In this document: positions 1 through 11,862 of the stretch, one piece after another | How the letters are laid out: every line of letters starts with the position of its first letter | Numbering within the stretch: position 1 is the stretch's first letter | NCBI GenBank assembly: GCA_964036045.1 | Contig: OZ038379.1 | Coordinates: 65,596,001 to 65,660,000, forward strand | Source: Eutreptiella sp. 'Long Island Sound 2002' | Lineage: Eukaryota; Protista; Euglenida | Direction of reading: 5' to 3' | Length of the DNA stretch: 64,000 bases | The notes under the pieces: generated by a model | The model's database searches: none | The model's input: the letters and a program-made list of their open reading frames with translations, nothing else | What the model was told of the DNA's origin: nothing | Made by a program: the position numbers and the translations under genes

Positions 1-59
1 ACAGAGAGGCTGGGCATAAGTGTGGCAAGGGCGCATGGCAGTTGGGGCAGTGGCGGTTG

Positions 60-2200
60 CACGGGGACTGCAATATACGTGGAGGCGGCGCAAGTGACGC
101 AGGGGCGAGGGCCGGGGGCGTGGCCAGGGGACGCGATAAGGTGCCGCAGTGGAGGCAGGCTAGGAGGGAGTCAGTCGCGCGGTGCGGCGGGATTTGGGGC
201 CGGGCGGGTTGGGAGGGCACCTCCAACGGGGGGTATCGCCGAAGGGTTGGGGTAGTCTAGGGCCGGGGCCGTGGCCACGGCAATGGCGGCGTTGTCAGGG
301 GAGCAGCATGAGGGGAGGCGGTCCGGGAAGGCCAGTCGGCAACGGCGCCGGGCACCGGAGAAGAGCGCTTCCTGTACGGTCTTGCCGGCAGGTTCTCTGG
401 TGTGCGTGTGGCGGGCGTGTTGCGGGAGTGAGCTCCGGGCGGAGGTGCGGGGTGGGGAGTCATGGCGGCTGCGTTTGGGTGGGAGGGCCGCGGGCTCCGG
501 TGGCCGGCGGAGAGACGGGGTTGTGTTGCGCGTGTTGGTGGGGGCAGTCCACGGGGTGCCGTCGTCTCGGTTGCCCGACACTATGATGGACCTGCCGTAC
601 GGGTGGGGGATGGTGCGTGTGGGGTGTCAGGCAAACAAGACCTGGAGCATACGCCGGGGGACGGTGGCGAAGCCGTAGTCCTTGTGGGCGTCGTAGGGGT
701 TTATGTACAGAACGGTCTCGAGGTTGTGGGTGAGGGTGGCGGTCATGGCTTTGGCGTGCGGGGCGCAGGCCCGTTACGCGCACCACGCGTTAGCGGGGGC
801 GAGTGGGGCCGCGGGGGCAAAAGTGGGGGCGGTGGGCTGGGAGAGGGGGGAGCTGGCCGTCAGTGGCGGGGCGGGGGAGGACGGCGACGCCATGGCGGGT
901 GGTGGCGGGGGCAGGGCGAGCGACGGTGGCAGCATGAGCGTGCTGCGGGGCGGCGCTGGCGGGGGGGCCGCCGCGCCCAGTTGGAACCAGTCGAGGTTGG
1001 TGGGCTGCTGCTGGGGGAGGGCGAGCTTGACGTGGGCGACCAATTGCTGGTATTGAAGGGGGCCGGAGCGCAGGGTGTCCGCGGTGTGTACGCCGGACAG
1101 GTCGTGGTTAGCCTCCACGGGGAAGGAGGGGGGTCCGGCCACGGTGAGGGCGGCTGATTGCCCGGAGGTGGTCGGGTAGGCGGCTGCAGCGGCGATGACA
1201 GGCTGGATTGCCTGCAAGGATGCGTCGCAAAGGGGTCGCGGCGGTGTTGCCATACTTGTCGCCCACTAGTTGGCGCAAGCGCTCGAGGCTGGGGCGCAGC
1301 GCAGCCTTGCGGGCGCAAGGGCACATGTGGCACGTGCCTTTGGCCGCCTGGACCAGGAGGGCTGAGGTGGAGGCGAGGCTGAGGAGCTGGGTGGTCTTCG
1401 CCGGGATGTGGAGGGGCTTGACCATGGAGAGGATGACTCCCGCGATGTGATGGGCGTCGCGGTCCGGTACGGCTGCGAGGGACTCCAGGGAGCCGAGCAT
1501 GTCGACGGAGCTGGGCTGGGGGCCGGCGTGGAAGAGGGACTACCAGGAGGGCACCGCGGTTGGGGCTAGCGACGGGGCGCACGTGCTGGCGTTGAGCAAG
1601 GGTTGGGTAGCCGGGGGGGCGTTGGAGGCCGGGGGGGCATTGGAAGCCGGGGAGGGCGCAGGAGGCCGGGGGCTCATCCGGCGGGGCCATGGCTTGGGCT
1701 TCGGCGGCTGCGATGGTGGACACCGTGGCCAGGTACCGGAAGGAGCCGTCAGCCTTGCGTTGGCTGAGCTCGGTGTGCCAGCCTTGGCGTTGTAGGGGGC
1801 AAGGGGCGGGGATCCTGATGCTGGGGGTGACAGCGCTGGCGACGGCTTGGAGGGGGGGGCACGCTGGGGAGGCCAGGTGAAGGGATGATGCGCGTCGAAT
1901 ATAGCGCGTTGCTGGGCGGTGATCTGCTATGTGAAGCAAAACCACCAGAGGCGGAGGGTTGCTGTCAAGGGGGGTGTCGCGGATGGTGATCGACACTACG
2001 TCCACGTTGGCGGCCTTGTGGCGCGCGGAAAGGACGACGCGCGGAGGCTGGCGGAAGTTGAGGCCCACACTCAGGAATGGCAAGGCGTCGGCCGCCGTCA
2101 ACTGGGACCTCTACAAGTCCGGGGCAAGCTGGGTGAACGGATGAGCCATGAGGTCTGCGAGGAAGGGCGTGGTGCTAGGGGGGCGGGTTGTGCGGCGCGG
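60..2200 (-). pseudogene. Decayed non-LTR (LINE) retrotransposon: AP endonuclease remnant and reverse transcriptase remnant
   Basis: Minus strand has an APE-like end motif (VDVVSITI...HIADHRP, ~1915-2000). Downstream are an RT domain-3-like segment (ETVLYINPYDAHKDYGFATVPRRML, ~650-720; cf. D..KAFD.V) and a degenerate FADD-like site (RLAFPDRL, ~315-345). Multiple stops and frameshifts. Confidence 0.55.
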
Positions 2201-3283
2201 TTGCGCCTCGCTAGCGGGAGCACGGGGGAGGCACGGTGGGGGGGTGGGAGGGTGCGGGGGTAGGGAGCGGTCGGGGTGCGAGCGTGGGATGTGTGTGGCT
2301 GATGGGGGTGCTTGGGGGGTGTGTGGGCGTGCGAAGATCGGGTGTGTGGGGTGGGGCTAGGGTTGTCTGCAGGCAGGCGGTCAGCTTACGAGGATGATTC
2401 AGCCGGAGGTCGGAAAGCCTTGGGGAGGACAGGCGCCGGGCGTGGGAACCCGTGCCCGGAGCGGCCCTCTGACCCCGGCCCTGAGGTGGACCGGGGCGCC
2501 GCCAAGCCCGTCACACAAGGTTCTTAGGGCTGGTGCCAATCTAAGTGCCAATCTCGGGCGCGATGTGTGGGAGGACTGTGAAGAAGTACGGGCTACAATG
2601 GACTTACCGTACGGCTCGAGGCGTTATTGCGCCAGCCGTACACCTGGAAGCGGAGGGGCTGGAGACCGAGAGAGCCCCGTCGGCGGTGGCCCGCGGCCGG
2701 GAGGGGCTCCCCTCGGGAAGGTTCAGGATTGATACCCGGCCCGGCGCCCCTCCCCTGTTGTGGGCTTGCCGGGGTGGTGGCCAGGGTTCGGCCATACTTT
2801 ACCACGTTGCTTGTACCGGGGGGGTACTGGGGGGTACCTGGTACACCCTGCAGCCGCAGGGGCAGTCACAGCGGGCTTGGTCACGCTAGGGTGCCACCGC
2901 CACCGGTCGCCCGCGGGTTGACAGGCAGGGGGCGCTTGGATGCTTCAGGCACCGGTCGCCTGCGGGGTGGCAGACGGGGGGCGCTAGGGTGCTTGTGGCA
3001 CCGGTCGCCTGCAACTCGGCACGCACGGGCCGGAAGTGATGCGCGGGTGGTCATATGTCATGCTATGATGGGTAAGGCCTCTCGCGGCCTTGGCACGCCA
3101 TGTTGTGTGCACGGGGCAAGGTGGAGCAAGGCCTGGAACCCCCACGTCCCGTGGGGGGCCTTGTCGTTGCTGCCTCCGCGTCGCGAGCCCAGGGGGGCCG
3201 TTGCCGGTCCTCCCCCCTGGTGGTGAGCATACCTGTGGCGGGCGGGGCAAGGGCTCTGGGGGGGCGGGGCCAAGAGGCGCGCG

Positions 3284-4818
3284 CCGTAAACCCCCCCCCC
3301 CGAAAGTAAGACCCCGCCCCAAAAGTAAGACCCCCCCAAAAGTAAGACCCCCTTGCAGGCTGAGGACCAGCCGTCCCAAAAGTAAGACCCCCTTAGTGGC
3401 ACATGCACGGCAGCAACACATTTTGGTCTACCACTCATACAATCCACGATCATCCGTCACATATTTACTGAGATTTGAACCACGAGGTGATAGGTTTCTG
3501 CTTTGCTTTGAAAGAGGGCAACCGGATAGGTGCCTGGTCAGGAACATCAACTTCCTCCTGGCAGGCACGTGCATCAATAGCTGCCCTAACCTGCTGCTCA
3601 ACCTCAGACATTGGCACGAAAATATAACTTGGGAACACTCGCAGTTTGATATCAGAAGGAGTGGCAGGCAAATAACCCATTGCCTTAAATGTTTGCCACC
3701 GCTTGGCATCATCACCAGCCACAGTTAGTCTGTGGGCTTTGGCAACAATTCGTTCCCAATATGCATAATTTTCTGCCATCAAATTCTGGTCCACCACTGC
3801 TTTTTTCTGAAAGAAAACCTTCACTGCAGGATATAAAACTTCTCTTCGGCCTTCAAAACATTTCCTTGACCACGGAAAATGCAAATGGGCAGAGGTTGAG
3901 CAGTGACCGGTTTGCCATCGGTCCGAACAACAATCAACGGCAAATATGTGAAGAACCTTTTGGAATCCTCAGCTGCAGTTGAGGAAAATGTCATTGATCC
4001 CTCCAATTGCTCCTCCACAGTCAGAACAAGCATTTGAAGGAACTCCCCATTGAAGCTCACAATGACCTGGTCGAAATTCCCCACAAACTCAAAATTAACA
4101 AACCGATGCCGGGCTTGTGTGAAGGTATGAAAAGAGCGTAGGCGGTATGTCAGGACAGCACGTGTGATGGTCAACGACCTCTTTTGACGAACAAATTTGA
4201 GACCATGCCGTGCTCGAAAAGCATTCTTCCAATTTCTGTTCAACTTGGCAGTGATCTTCAACTCAGCCCGAACTTTTTTGACTCGCGTCCACAGGTTTGC
4301 TGGACGCACTTTCCTGCCTGCAGCAAGTTCTGCAGCTCGCCATGCAACAACTCGTTTCTCTAACTCAGGGTGGGCGGCCGACACACCACTGGCACGTACT
4401 TGCTTCCGGCTGCGGAGGGATTTGTTCTTGGACCGCATGTGTGTCAAAAGACCCATGATCTCCTGTTTCTTCGAAACATACCCACGCACCTGTTTTGCAC
4501 CACCAACTTCGGAAAATCCAAAGGGTCGTTTCTCTAACTCAGGCTGTTCAGGCTCTTCATCATTCACAGGAGCCTCAACAACTTCCAATTCTGAGTCATC
4601 AGATGACTCTACCTCGTCATTGGTGTCGGTTTCCTCCAGCTGCAGGTCGTCTAAAAGCATGGGCTCAGACATCTTCTGTGTCGGGAAAGGTGAGGTGACA
4701 GCAAAGTGGATGAACCCAAAAGTAAGACCCCCCCCAAAAGTAAGACCCCTCTTGGGACCCACGACCAGCTGGACTGAAAGTAAGACCCCCGGTCTTACTT
4801 TCAGGAGGGAGGTTTAGG
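3284..4818 (-). mobile_element. pogo/Tigger-type (Tc1/mariner superfamily) DNA transposon with imperfect TIRs
   Basis: Left end CCGTAAACCCCCCCCCCCGAAAGTAAGACC (3284-3313) is an imperfect inverted copy of GGTCTTACTTTCAGGAGGGAGGTTTAGG (4791-4818). AAAGTAAGACCCC subterminal repeats occur at both ends around the transposase. No TA TSD is visible. Confidence 0.85.
3465..4672 (-). pseudogene. pogo-like transposase (CENP-B/Tc5-type HTH + DDE_1), frameshifted and internally deleted
   Basis: HPELEKRVVAW...GRKV...NWKNAFRARHGL (HTH_Tnp_Tc5-like), GNFDQV (first Asp), KRFFTYLPLIVVRTDGKP...IFRGQG, then a frameshift near 3838 into YPAVKVFFQKKAVVD. The second and third catalytic Asp regions are absent. Confidence 0.9.
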
Positions 4819-5123
4819 GGGTGGGGGCGGCGGGGGGGCAAGGGTGTCGCCTGGCTTCCCACCTCGCCGTAGGTGGGGGGGGGGCGGGGCAGCCCGTGTC
4901 TTGGCTGGGGCCGGCGAGTGGCCTTGTCTCGCCAAGGGGGCACGGGTCCTGGTGGCGTGCGGCGGCAGTGGGACCCCGGCCCGTGGTGTAGGAGGCAGGG
5001 CGATATACTTTGGCCCCGCTTCCTCTTTGGGCAGGTCGCACTGCTCCGTGGCGCATATGGGCCCGAGGCAATATACATTGGCCAGCGGACGGCGCGGGAG
5101 GGAGGGGTGGTGGCGGGAGATAT

Positions 5124-6420
5124 ACATCGTCCACGCTAGGCAGGGGGGGGGAGAGAGGTACCCGGCCCCTCTGTGGCGCCACGGTGGTGGCCCGCTCCTT
5201 GGTTGGAGGGGGCTGTGCCCGGGGGGGGAGGGGGGCGGCCGTGCGGTGGGTGAGCGTCCAGAGAGGTGGGCGAGGCCTCCAGGTCGAGCAAAGGGTTAGG
5301 GGGGGGGTTGTCCTGGCCCGGGGGACGTCCCACCCGGGCTGCGCTATACGGCTGCCGCCCGTGGGGCGCGCGGTGAGCGCCCTGTGTTGCGCCCACGGGG
5401 CGTCCGGCGCCATGTCCATTCATGGCCCGCACGGCACCGGGGTAGGGTCCCGGCCCTTCCGCGCCGGAGTTCCTTGGGGGGCGGTGCGACGTTGTTTTAA
5501 AATAGGGGGCGAGCGGCTGCGACCCGGGATGGGATGGGATGGGAGTTTGTCCAACACCTGCCAGATACGTCGCCACGCCGACCCTATGTGTCAGCGGCTT
5601 GTGCCACAGGCTGCCGCAAACTGGACGCGGAGCCACGCAACCCACCACTGACCCAATCCGAGACCGGCGGGTGAAGTTTCCATACCCACACTCCTTGGGG
5701 ACCCCAGCCGGCGTCACGTCCGGGGCTTCCGGTCCACACTCACGCACACACACACACACACACACACCATGTCATTCCATGGTTCTGACCGGGGGGCATG
5801 GCGTGCCCCACGCAAAGCAGTCAGTGGAGTATCCGCGCTCACCCGCAAGCAGTGGCAGTCACTGCAGGTTTGCAGACTGGCGGACTGGCGGCGGTGCACA
5901 GTTTGAGACATGATGCACGCGGTCAGGGCCGAAGCACTAGACCACAACACCAGGTCTGTAGGTATTGAGACTGGTGAGGTTTGCCGGAGGACAGCACACT
6001 CACCGCGGCTCTGGGGGTGTAGCACTCGGTCCGGCAGTAGTACTGCTGCCCCATCCGGATCGCACCTTACCCAGGGGAGGCGTCCGCCGAAGCGGTTCTT
6101 GGTGGTGGAGGCCCCCTCTTGAGGCACATCCGACGCGGAGGGGGCGGGAGAGAGGTACGAAGCTTCTCCGTGGCGCCACGGCGATGGCCCGCTCCTTGGG
6201 TGGAGGGGGCTGTGCCGGGGGGGGGGGTGTGTGCGGTGGCTGAGCGTCCAGGGAGGTGGGCGAGGCCTCTAGGCCGGGCGCGGGCTGAGCGCCGTGTGTT
6301 GCGCCCCTGGGGCGTCCGGGGCCATCTCCAATCATGGCCCGCTCGGCATCGGGGTAGGGTTCCGGCCCTTCCGCGCCGGAGTTCCTTTGGGGGGGCGAGG
6401 CTGTTTTATAAAGGGGGGGA
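5124..6420 (+). repeat. Diverged GC-rich direct repeat pair (5124-5510 and 6126-6420)
   Basis: Shared blocks such as GAGAGAGGTAC...GTGGCGCCACGG...GGCCCGCTCCTTGG.TGGAGGGGGCTGTGCC and CCGGCCCTTCCGCGCCGGAGTTCCTT; the second copy lacks ~90 bp. Confidence 0.85.
5745..5765 (+). repeat. (CA)n microsatellite
   Basis: Direct reading. Confidence 0.95.
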
Positions 6421-7129
6421 AATGGGTTCGACGTTGGGGGGGGGGGGGGGGCGCTGGGCCAGGGGCCGATATACTTCGGGCCCGCTGGCGGCGCCGGGGG
6501 GAGCTCAACCCGGCGCGGCCGAAAAATCCGGTGGCGTCCCCCTCCGCTGACGAATCGGGGCGGGCACTGGGGTGGAAATCTGCGGTGTTCGTGGGGGGTC
6601 GGTTATGGGCCTCTTGCCCTTGCGCACTTTTTGGAGGTGCGTCTCCACGGCTTCGGCCGTGCCGAAGATGAGGTGGTGCTCCACTTCATAGAGCATGTGG
6701 TTGTTTGGGTGTCTCACCCCAACAACCCAGCTCTTGCACTTGTGCACACCGGTGACGGTGCCCACCTCTACCCCGCCCCCGTACGGGACATGGGCGGGGG
6801 TTCCCACAAGGGGAACGGGGGGTCCCCCACCCTTCCTCCTTCTTCAACCCCCCCCCCCCTGCTTCTTTCACATCCCCCTCCGCCTTTTTCTCACGTTCCT
6901 TGTCTTTTCGGGTGGGGACGGCCTTTGACTTTGGGAGGGGGGTTTCTTATTCGGGGTTGGGGGGTCGTCGCTGGAGGATGACGAAGAGGAAGAGGCAGGG
7001 TTGTCGGACTCGTTATTCGAGTCCGACTCCAACCGCTTACTCTTCTTTGCTGGGGGTCTTTGCCCCCCTTGCTTTTCTTCGGGGGGGGGGTCTTAGGTTT
7101 GGGGGGGGGGGGTTGGGTTGGGTTGGGTT

Positions 7130-8720
7130 GGGTTGCGTTGGGTTGGGTGCAGGCCTCACCTAGTCGCCTACCCATGGTCCGCGCCGCCTTCCCTGCCAAA
7201 TCCGGCTGGGCGGATGTACCCGGGTGTCCGGTCACAAGGCCTACCGGACTGTTGACCGCTCCCAGACCCTGCGATGGCGCTCGCGAGCGGGACATGCCGC
7301 CGTGCCTGTGTGCATGTGCCCTTGTGTGTCCAGGGCGGGGGGGGGGGCACTGTGGCACACCTGCTTGCTCCATTGATGTTTGGCGTTGGCGCACATGTCG
7401 CGGGGAAGTGTGTGCCTAGTGCTCCAGGCCCCTGCAAGGAGGCCGGAGAGCTTGACTCTGAGCCCGCCGCGGGCGATGTGGGCCTGGGCTCGCAACCTCC
7501 ACAGCACAAAGACATGCTACCCAACCACTCCACGGCTGCCTATTGGCACGGGAAGGCGGTGGTATGTGGCATGACTGGGTCAGACACGCACTCTTCGACT
7601 GCCGTAGGCACACGTGGTACAGCCGCCATGCGGGTTGGCTCCTGCTCCCCACGGCTGAGGGCGTACCCCGGGCAGGCGGAGGGGCGCTAGGGCGCAGAGA
7701 GTGCTTCCCTGCCCTAGGTGCCACCGGTGCTGGCGGCACTGGCTGCGGCGCTACAGCCCGCGTAGACGACGGGGCCCAGAGGTCACCACACCCAAATGGC
7801 CTCTCCGTTGACGAAGGGGCGTGCGGAGGGGGGGGGCTGAGGTCGGCAAGTGGCTGTCTCGTCTCCAGGGGTCGCCCACAACTCCAATGGAGTGCACGGG
7901 GCTTTGTTGGCCTAGGCGTCTGTGATGGAGTTGGAGGGGTGCGCACACACCTGGAGGTTCCCTAGGCAGGCTGCTCAAGGGATAACCAACGTGGTCACGC
8001 TGCGAGCCCTACACCGCCTCCACTTTTTAGGCCCTCACGGCGCCGACTCCGTGCACCCCTCCCGTCGGGGGGGGAGGCTGGGGGGGAGGGGGCCGTGTGG
8101 TGAATGGATCCACCTGTATGTTCAGTTGCACGTGGTGCTGACTTGTTTGGGAGAGGAGGACCACCAGCTGGGTTACCATGCGGGTCCCAGATCCCAACAT
8201 ACTCGTAGTCCGGCGTTAGCTCCCTCTCTGTGAGGGGAGGGACCTCAATCACCCCGTGACGGCCTGCAGTTAGGGTGCGAGCGCATGTTGAGGGGGGGTG
8301 TGTGTGCTAGGCCTGCTTTCGGTGCGGCCCCGTTTCTTTTTTGGGGGGTAGGGGCCGCAAAAGGTCTGCTCTCCTGTCTCCTGGCCCCCAATGGGAACCA
8401 ACGCACGGCCTGCACCCTCGCTTTGTGGTGGCTCAAATTTGGGCCTACAGAGTCTGGAGGGGGGGTTGGGTTGGGTTGGGTCAAGGCCTCATCCGGACCT
8501 CCGGGACCACGGATATCGCCCTTCCCTGCGCGTCACAACTGGTCCGGCGGGTTCACGGTTGTCCGGTCTCAAGGCCTACCGGACTGATGACCGCCCCCGT
8601 ACCCCGCGGTGGCACACGCGGGAGGGAGATGCCGCCGTGCCTGTGTGTGTGGGGAAGTGTGTCGCCTGGTGCTCCAGGCCTCGGTGGGGAGGCTGGGGGA
8701 GCCTGACACTGAGCCCACCG
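7130..8720 (+). repeat. Diverged direct repeat pair (7130-7450 and 8465-8720)
   Basis: Both begin with (GGGTT)n, then AGGCCTCA...CGCC.TTCCCTGC...GTCCGGTC.CAAGGCCTACCGGACTG.TGACCGC...ATGCCGCCGTGCCTGTGTG. Confidence 0.85.
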
Positions 8721-9247
8721 GGGGAGTTGTCGGCCTGGACACGCCACCTCCAGGTCTACCGACATGCCGCTGGTCGCCCACTACTGCCGATGGCAGGGGG
8801 TGGCCAAGCTCCACACACGACTGGGGGCGGTCCGCACTCCCTGATTGCACTGGCACGGGTGGTGCTGCTCTAGGCTGGACCTGCCTCCCACTCTGACGGG
8901 GCGGGCGGTTGGAGGGGCCCCGGGGCGCGCCGAGCGCTTCCCTGCCCCGGGGTCCACCCGGGCCAGAGGTCCAGGCGGCGGTGCAACTGTCCTCGTAAAC
9001 GGGGGGGCCCGGAGGGCACACCACCCGAGTGACCGCTCTCCGGGGCCTGCAGTTAGGGTGCGAGGGCATGTTGAGGGGGGGTGTGTGTGCTAGGCCTGCT
9101 TTCGGTGCGGCCCCGTTTCTTTTTTGGGGGGTAGGGGCCGCAAAAGGTCTGCTCTCCTGTCTCCTGGCCCCCAATGGGAACCAACGCACGGCATGCACCC
9201 TCGCTTTGTGGTGGCTCAAATTTGGGCCTACAGAGTCTGGAGGGGGG
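8261..9247 (+). repeat. Near-identical ~205-bp direct repeats (8261-8465 and 9043-9247) flanking ~575 bp
   Basis: GGCCTGCAGTTAGGGTGCGAG...GGCTCAAATTTGGGCCTACAGAGTCTGGAGGGGGG occurs twice with only a few mismatches. Confidence 0.95.
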
Positions 9248-10224
9248 GAGGGGGTTGGGGGTGGTGCCGGTGCTTGCCCCTCCCTTTCCTCCTTCACCAC
9301 TCTTGCCTCCCCACCTCCCATCCCCCGCTAGAGCCCCGCATCCTCACACCCCAACCACCCTACCTCCCCCAAGTGTGCCCATTGACTGGGCTTGTAGGGC
9401 CTCAATGGGCCCCACAGCTACGAGCACTGGCGGCCATGCTGCCACTCCTTCAAGCCGCGGAGCGCGGCCACCCCAAGCGCTGGGTCTTGGACGAATACCT
9501 TGTGGAGCCCCCCACCCCCACTCTCCTCTCCCCGTCCTTGTCACTCCAAGCGACGCGGGCGGGACAAACATGGTGCCCGCATACCACTATGTCCTTGACC
9601 TACAACGAAAAAGGCGGAGGCCGTGGTCCGGGGGACAAACTTAATTTTTCGGACGACTTTTTTGAATCTTTGGGTTTAATTTTTAAGGTTACTTTTTAAT
9701 CTTTGAAGCGCCGATCGAAAATTCAAATATTAAATCAAAAGTTTTAAACGAAGCGTCCGAAAAATAAAAGACACACAAACACACGCAGACACACACACAC
9801 CTTTTGAAACTCTGCACCCCCAAGGCATGCAACACCCCCATCGTCTGCCTGAAGCTCGAGGCAGGGCTTGAGGCCTCTGCGTGTCGGCTACGTTGGTGTT
9901 GGCGGCGATGGCACCCACCGGGGGCGCCGTCCGAGTGACAGCGGCCAACCCGCTGGTTTTCCGAGACCCAAGCACCACTCCCTTGTAGGCGTGTTGGCCC
10001 CCGGAATCGTAGGGGGGGGGGGGTGGGCAGGGCCAGCACAGCAGACCAGACCGGTGCAAACTGCACCGATTTGCCCTGCCGCCACTGTTGGCACCAGCCA
10101 AGGACTACCCAGTGGTGCAGGCATACCAGGTAGTGGCTGGTGCCAAACCTGACACCCCGAGCGTCGCTCAGCAGGTTCCGGGCCCCCCACGACCCCGAGC
10201 TGACCTTGTCCCCAAGGAGGCACA

Positions 10225-11862
10225 TGGGACCACCGCATTAGCCACCGATGTGGTCACATCCTTCTCCATGTAGTTAGTTGGAGGTAGTTGTCTCCATGGA
10301 GGTAGTTGGATTGGCACGCGGCCTTGCAACAATGTGCACGGTACTGCCGCGCGATAGCAGACGCCCCCGGGTCATCGAGAGCAGGCGTGTCGCTTTATAA
10401 GTCCCGAAGTAGATCCCTCATGACAACAACGGCGTGCCATTCGGGGTCTTCTGGTGCGTAGGCCAATAGTGGGCGCATCTCCTCCCTTGCAAGGAAGAGT
10501 GCCCTGGCCTCCTCTCCATCGGGTGCGTCCCTTTGCGTGCCCGGAACGACAACCGTTGCACCGCCTCGGCATTCTCGTTGGGGAGTGACTCCAGGCGTGC
10601 CTCAACAAACACGACCCGAGGCCGGCAAATGGCCATGCAACAATGGAGGATGCATAGGAAAACCCAACACCGGTCAACCACGATGTGAGGTTCCGCTATG
10701 CGCCCCCAATTATCCAAGGTCCGACCCGTCACCCGATATTGGTGACGGGCGGCCGCCTCGTTGACCAAAGTCCGGCGCACGCCCACCCGCAACCACGTCA
10801 CCGCCGCCTTGTCCCACACCCCCATATTGTAAATAAACCCCACTTTGGGCGACGTGGACACCCCAATGAACCGTCGAATAAACGGTTGGTCACCCCCAGG
10901 GACCAGCGTAGCAGGCGCCCAATGGGATGCCCCAGAGAAACTTTTGCAGTCGTGAATCAATTGCAGCACCTGCAAAAGAGTGTGTGCATTGATATTTGGG
11001 CATCACATTTTCGTTTAATTTTTAGCTTCCAATTTTGGTTGGCTTAAATCTTAAGCAATTTTTCGCTTTTAAACGAAGAAATTTCAAACGAAGCGAGCCC
11101 GAATTCAATGCGACACAAAAGCGCCAAGTACGTGGGGTTCTCTGCCCAAATAGTGGCCAAAGTGGCCGTGTCCTTGTCACCGGACACGGCCATCCCAGCG
11201 ACCCACAAGTAGGCGGGTGTGCGGCCCCGTTTGCCGTGGTTGAGGAGCACAACGGACAACTGGGTCCAACTCCCAGCCGCACATGGGTAGGGCATCCCCG
11301 CGCACAAGAAACGTGAGGGGCCGGCCCCCATCAATGGTGTCCACTAGTGGTGCACGCGATTGAATGTAGCGGGCCCATGAGTGCACGGGCCAACTGCGGC
11401 CACTAGCGGTTGGGTCGTCCACGTTCACAAGGGGCCGCAACTCTAGCGGCTTAGCCATTTCCTTCCACCTTTTTAAGAAGGCTTGCCGCGTTGGGATGGG
11501 TCGCAGGAAAGTGTGGCCCGTAGTGGCCGTATAGTCAATTCCTCGGCGGGTCATGAACTCGGCGAGGTGGCGGAACCCCTTCTTTGTGACATTTAGATCC
11601 ACGAGGAGCCCAATAAACTCGGACGCGGGAAAAAAGGGGGGACGTTTTGCTTCACCGTCTACACTTGCTTAGTATGAACAAGGGAGGAGTAGCCAACGTC
11701 CGTGGCCTCCACCCAGCCGGCTTTCTGCCAAGGGAGACGAAGCCACCCACTCACCAAGTAATTTGGAGACCAAAGGGTCTCGGTAACTCTTGGCTCCACT
11801 CAAACGCACAAGTGTCATGCTACGCTCGAGAATAGTGTCTCCAGGGAAAGGCATAACAAGTG
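10225..11862 (-). pseudogene. RAG1-core/Transib-like transposase, family 1, copy 1 (decayed, intron-containing)
   Basis: Motifs in order: GLLVDLNVTKKGF...TGHTFLRPIP; FLVRGDA (~11295); WVAGMAVSGDKDTATL; intron; VPGGDQPFIRRFIG (~10890); CILHCCMAI; YRAHCCKAACQSNYLH. Order and spacing resemble the RAG1 D600, D708, H795 and H937 regions. Confidence 0.72.
10970..11131 (-). other. GT-AG intron in family 1 copy 1
   Basis: Minus strand GTACTTGG...CTCTTTTGCAG, AT-rich, separating AENP from VLQLIHDCK; same position as the introns in copies 2-4. Confidence 0.8.

Noticed and set aside
22-9330. Numerous overlapping Gly/Arg/Pro-rich ORFs on both strands
   Set aside because: Expected in very GC-rich repetitive DNA; no domain motifs beyond the LINE and pogo remnants listed.
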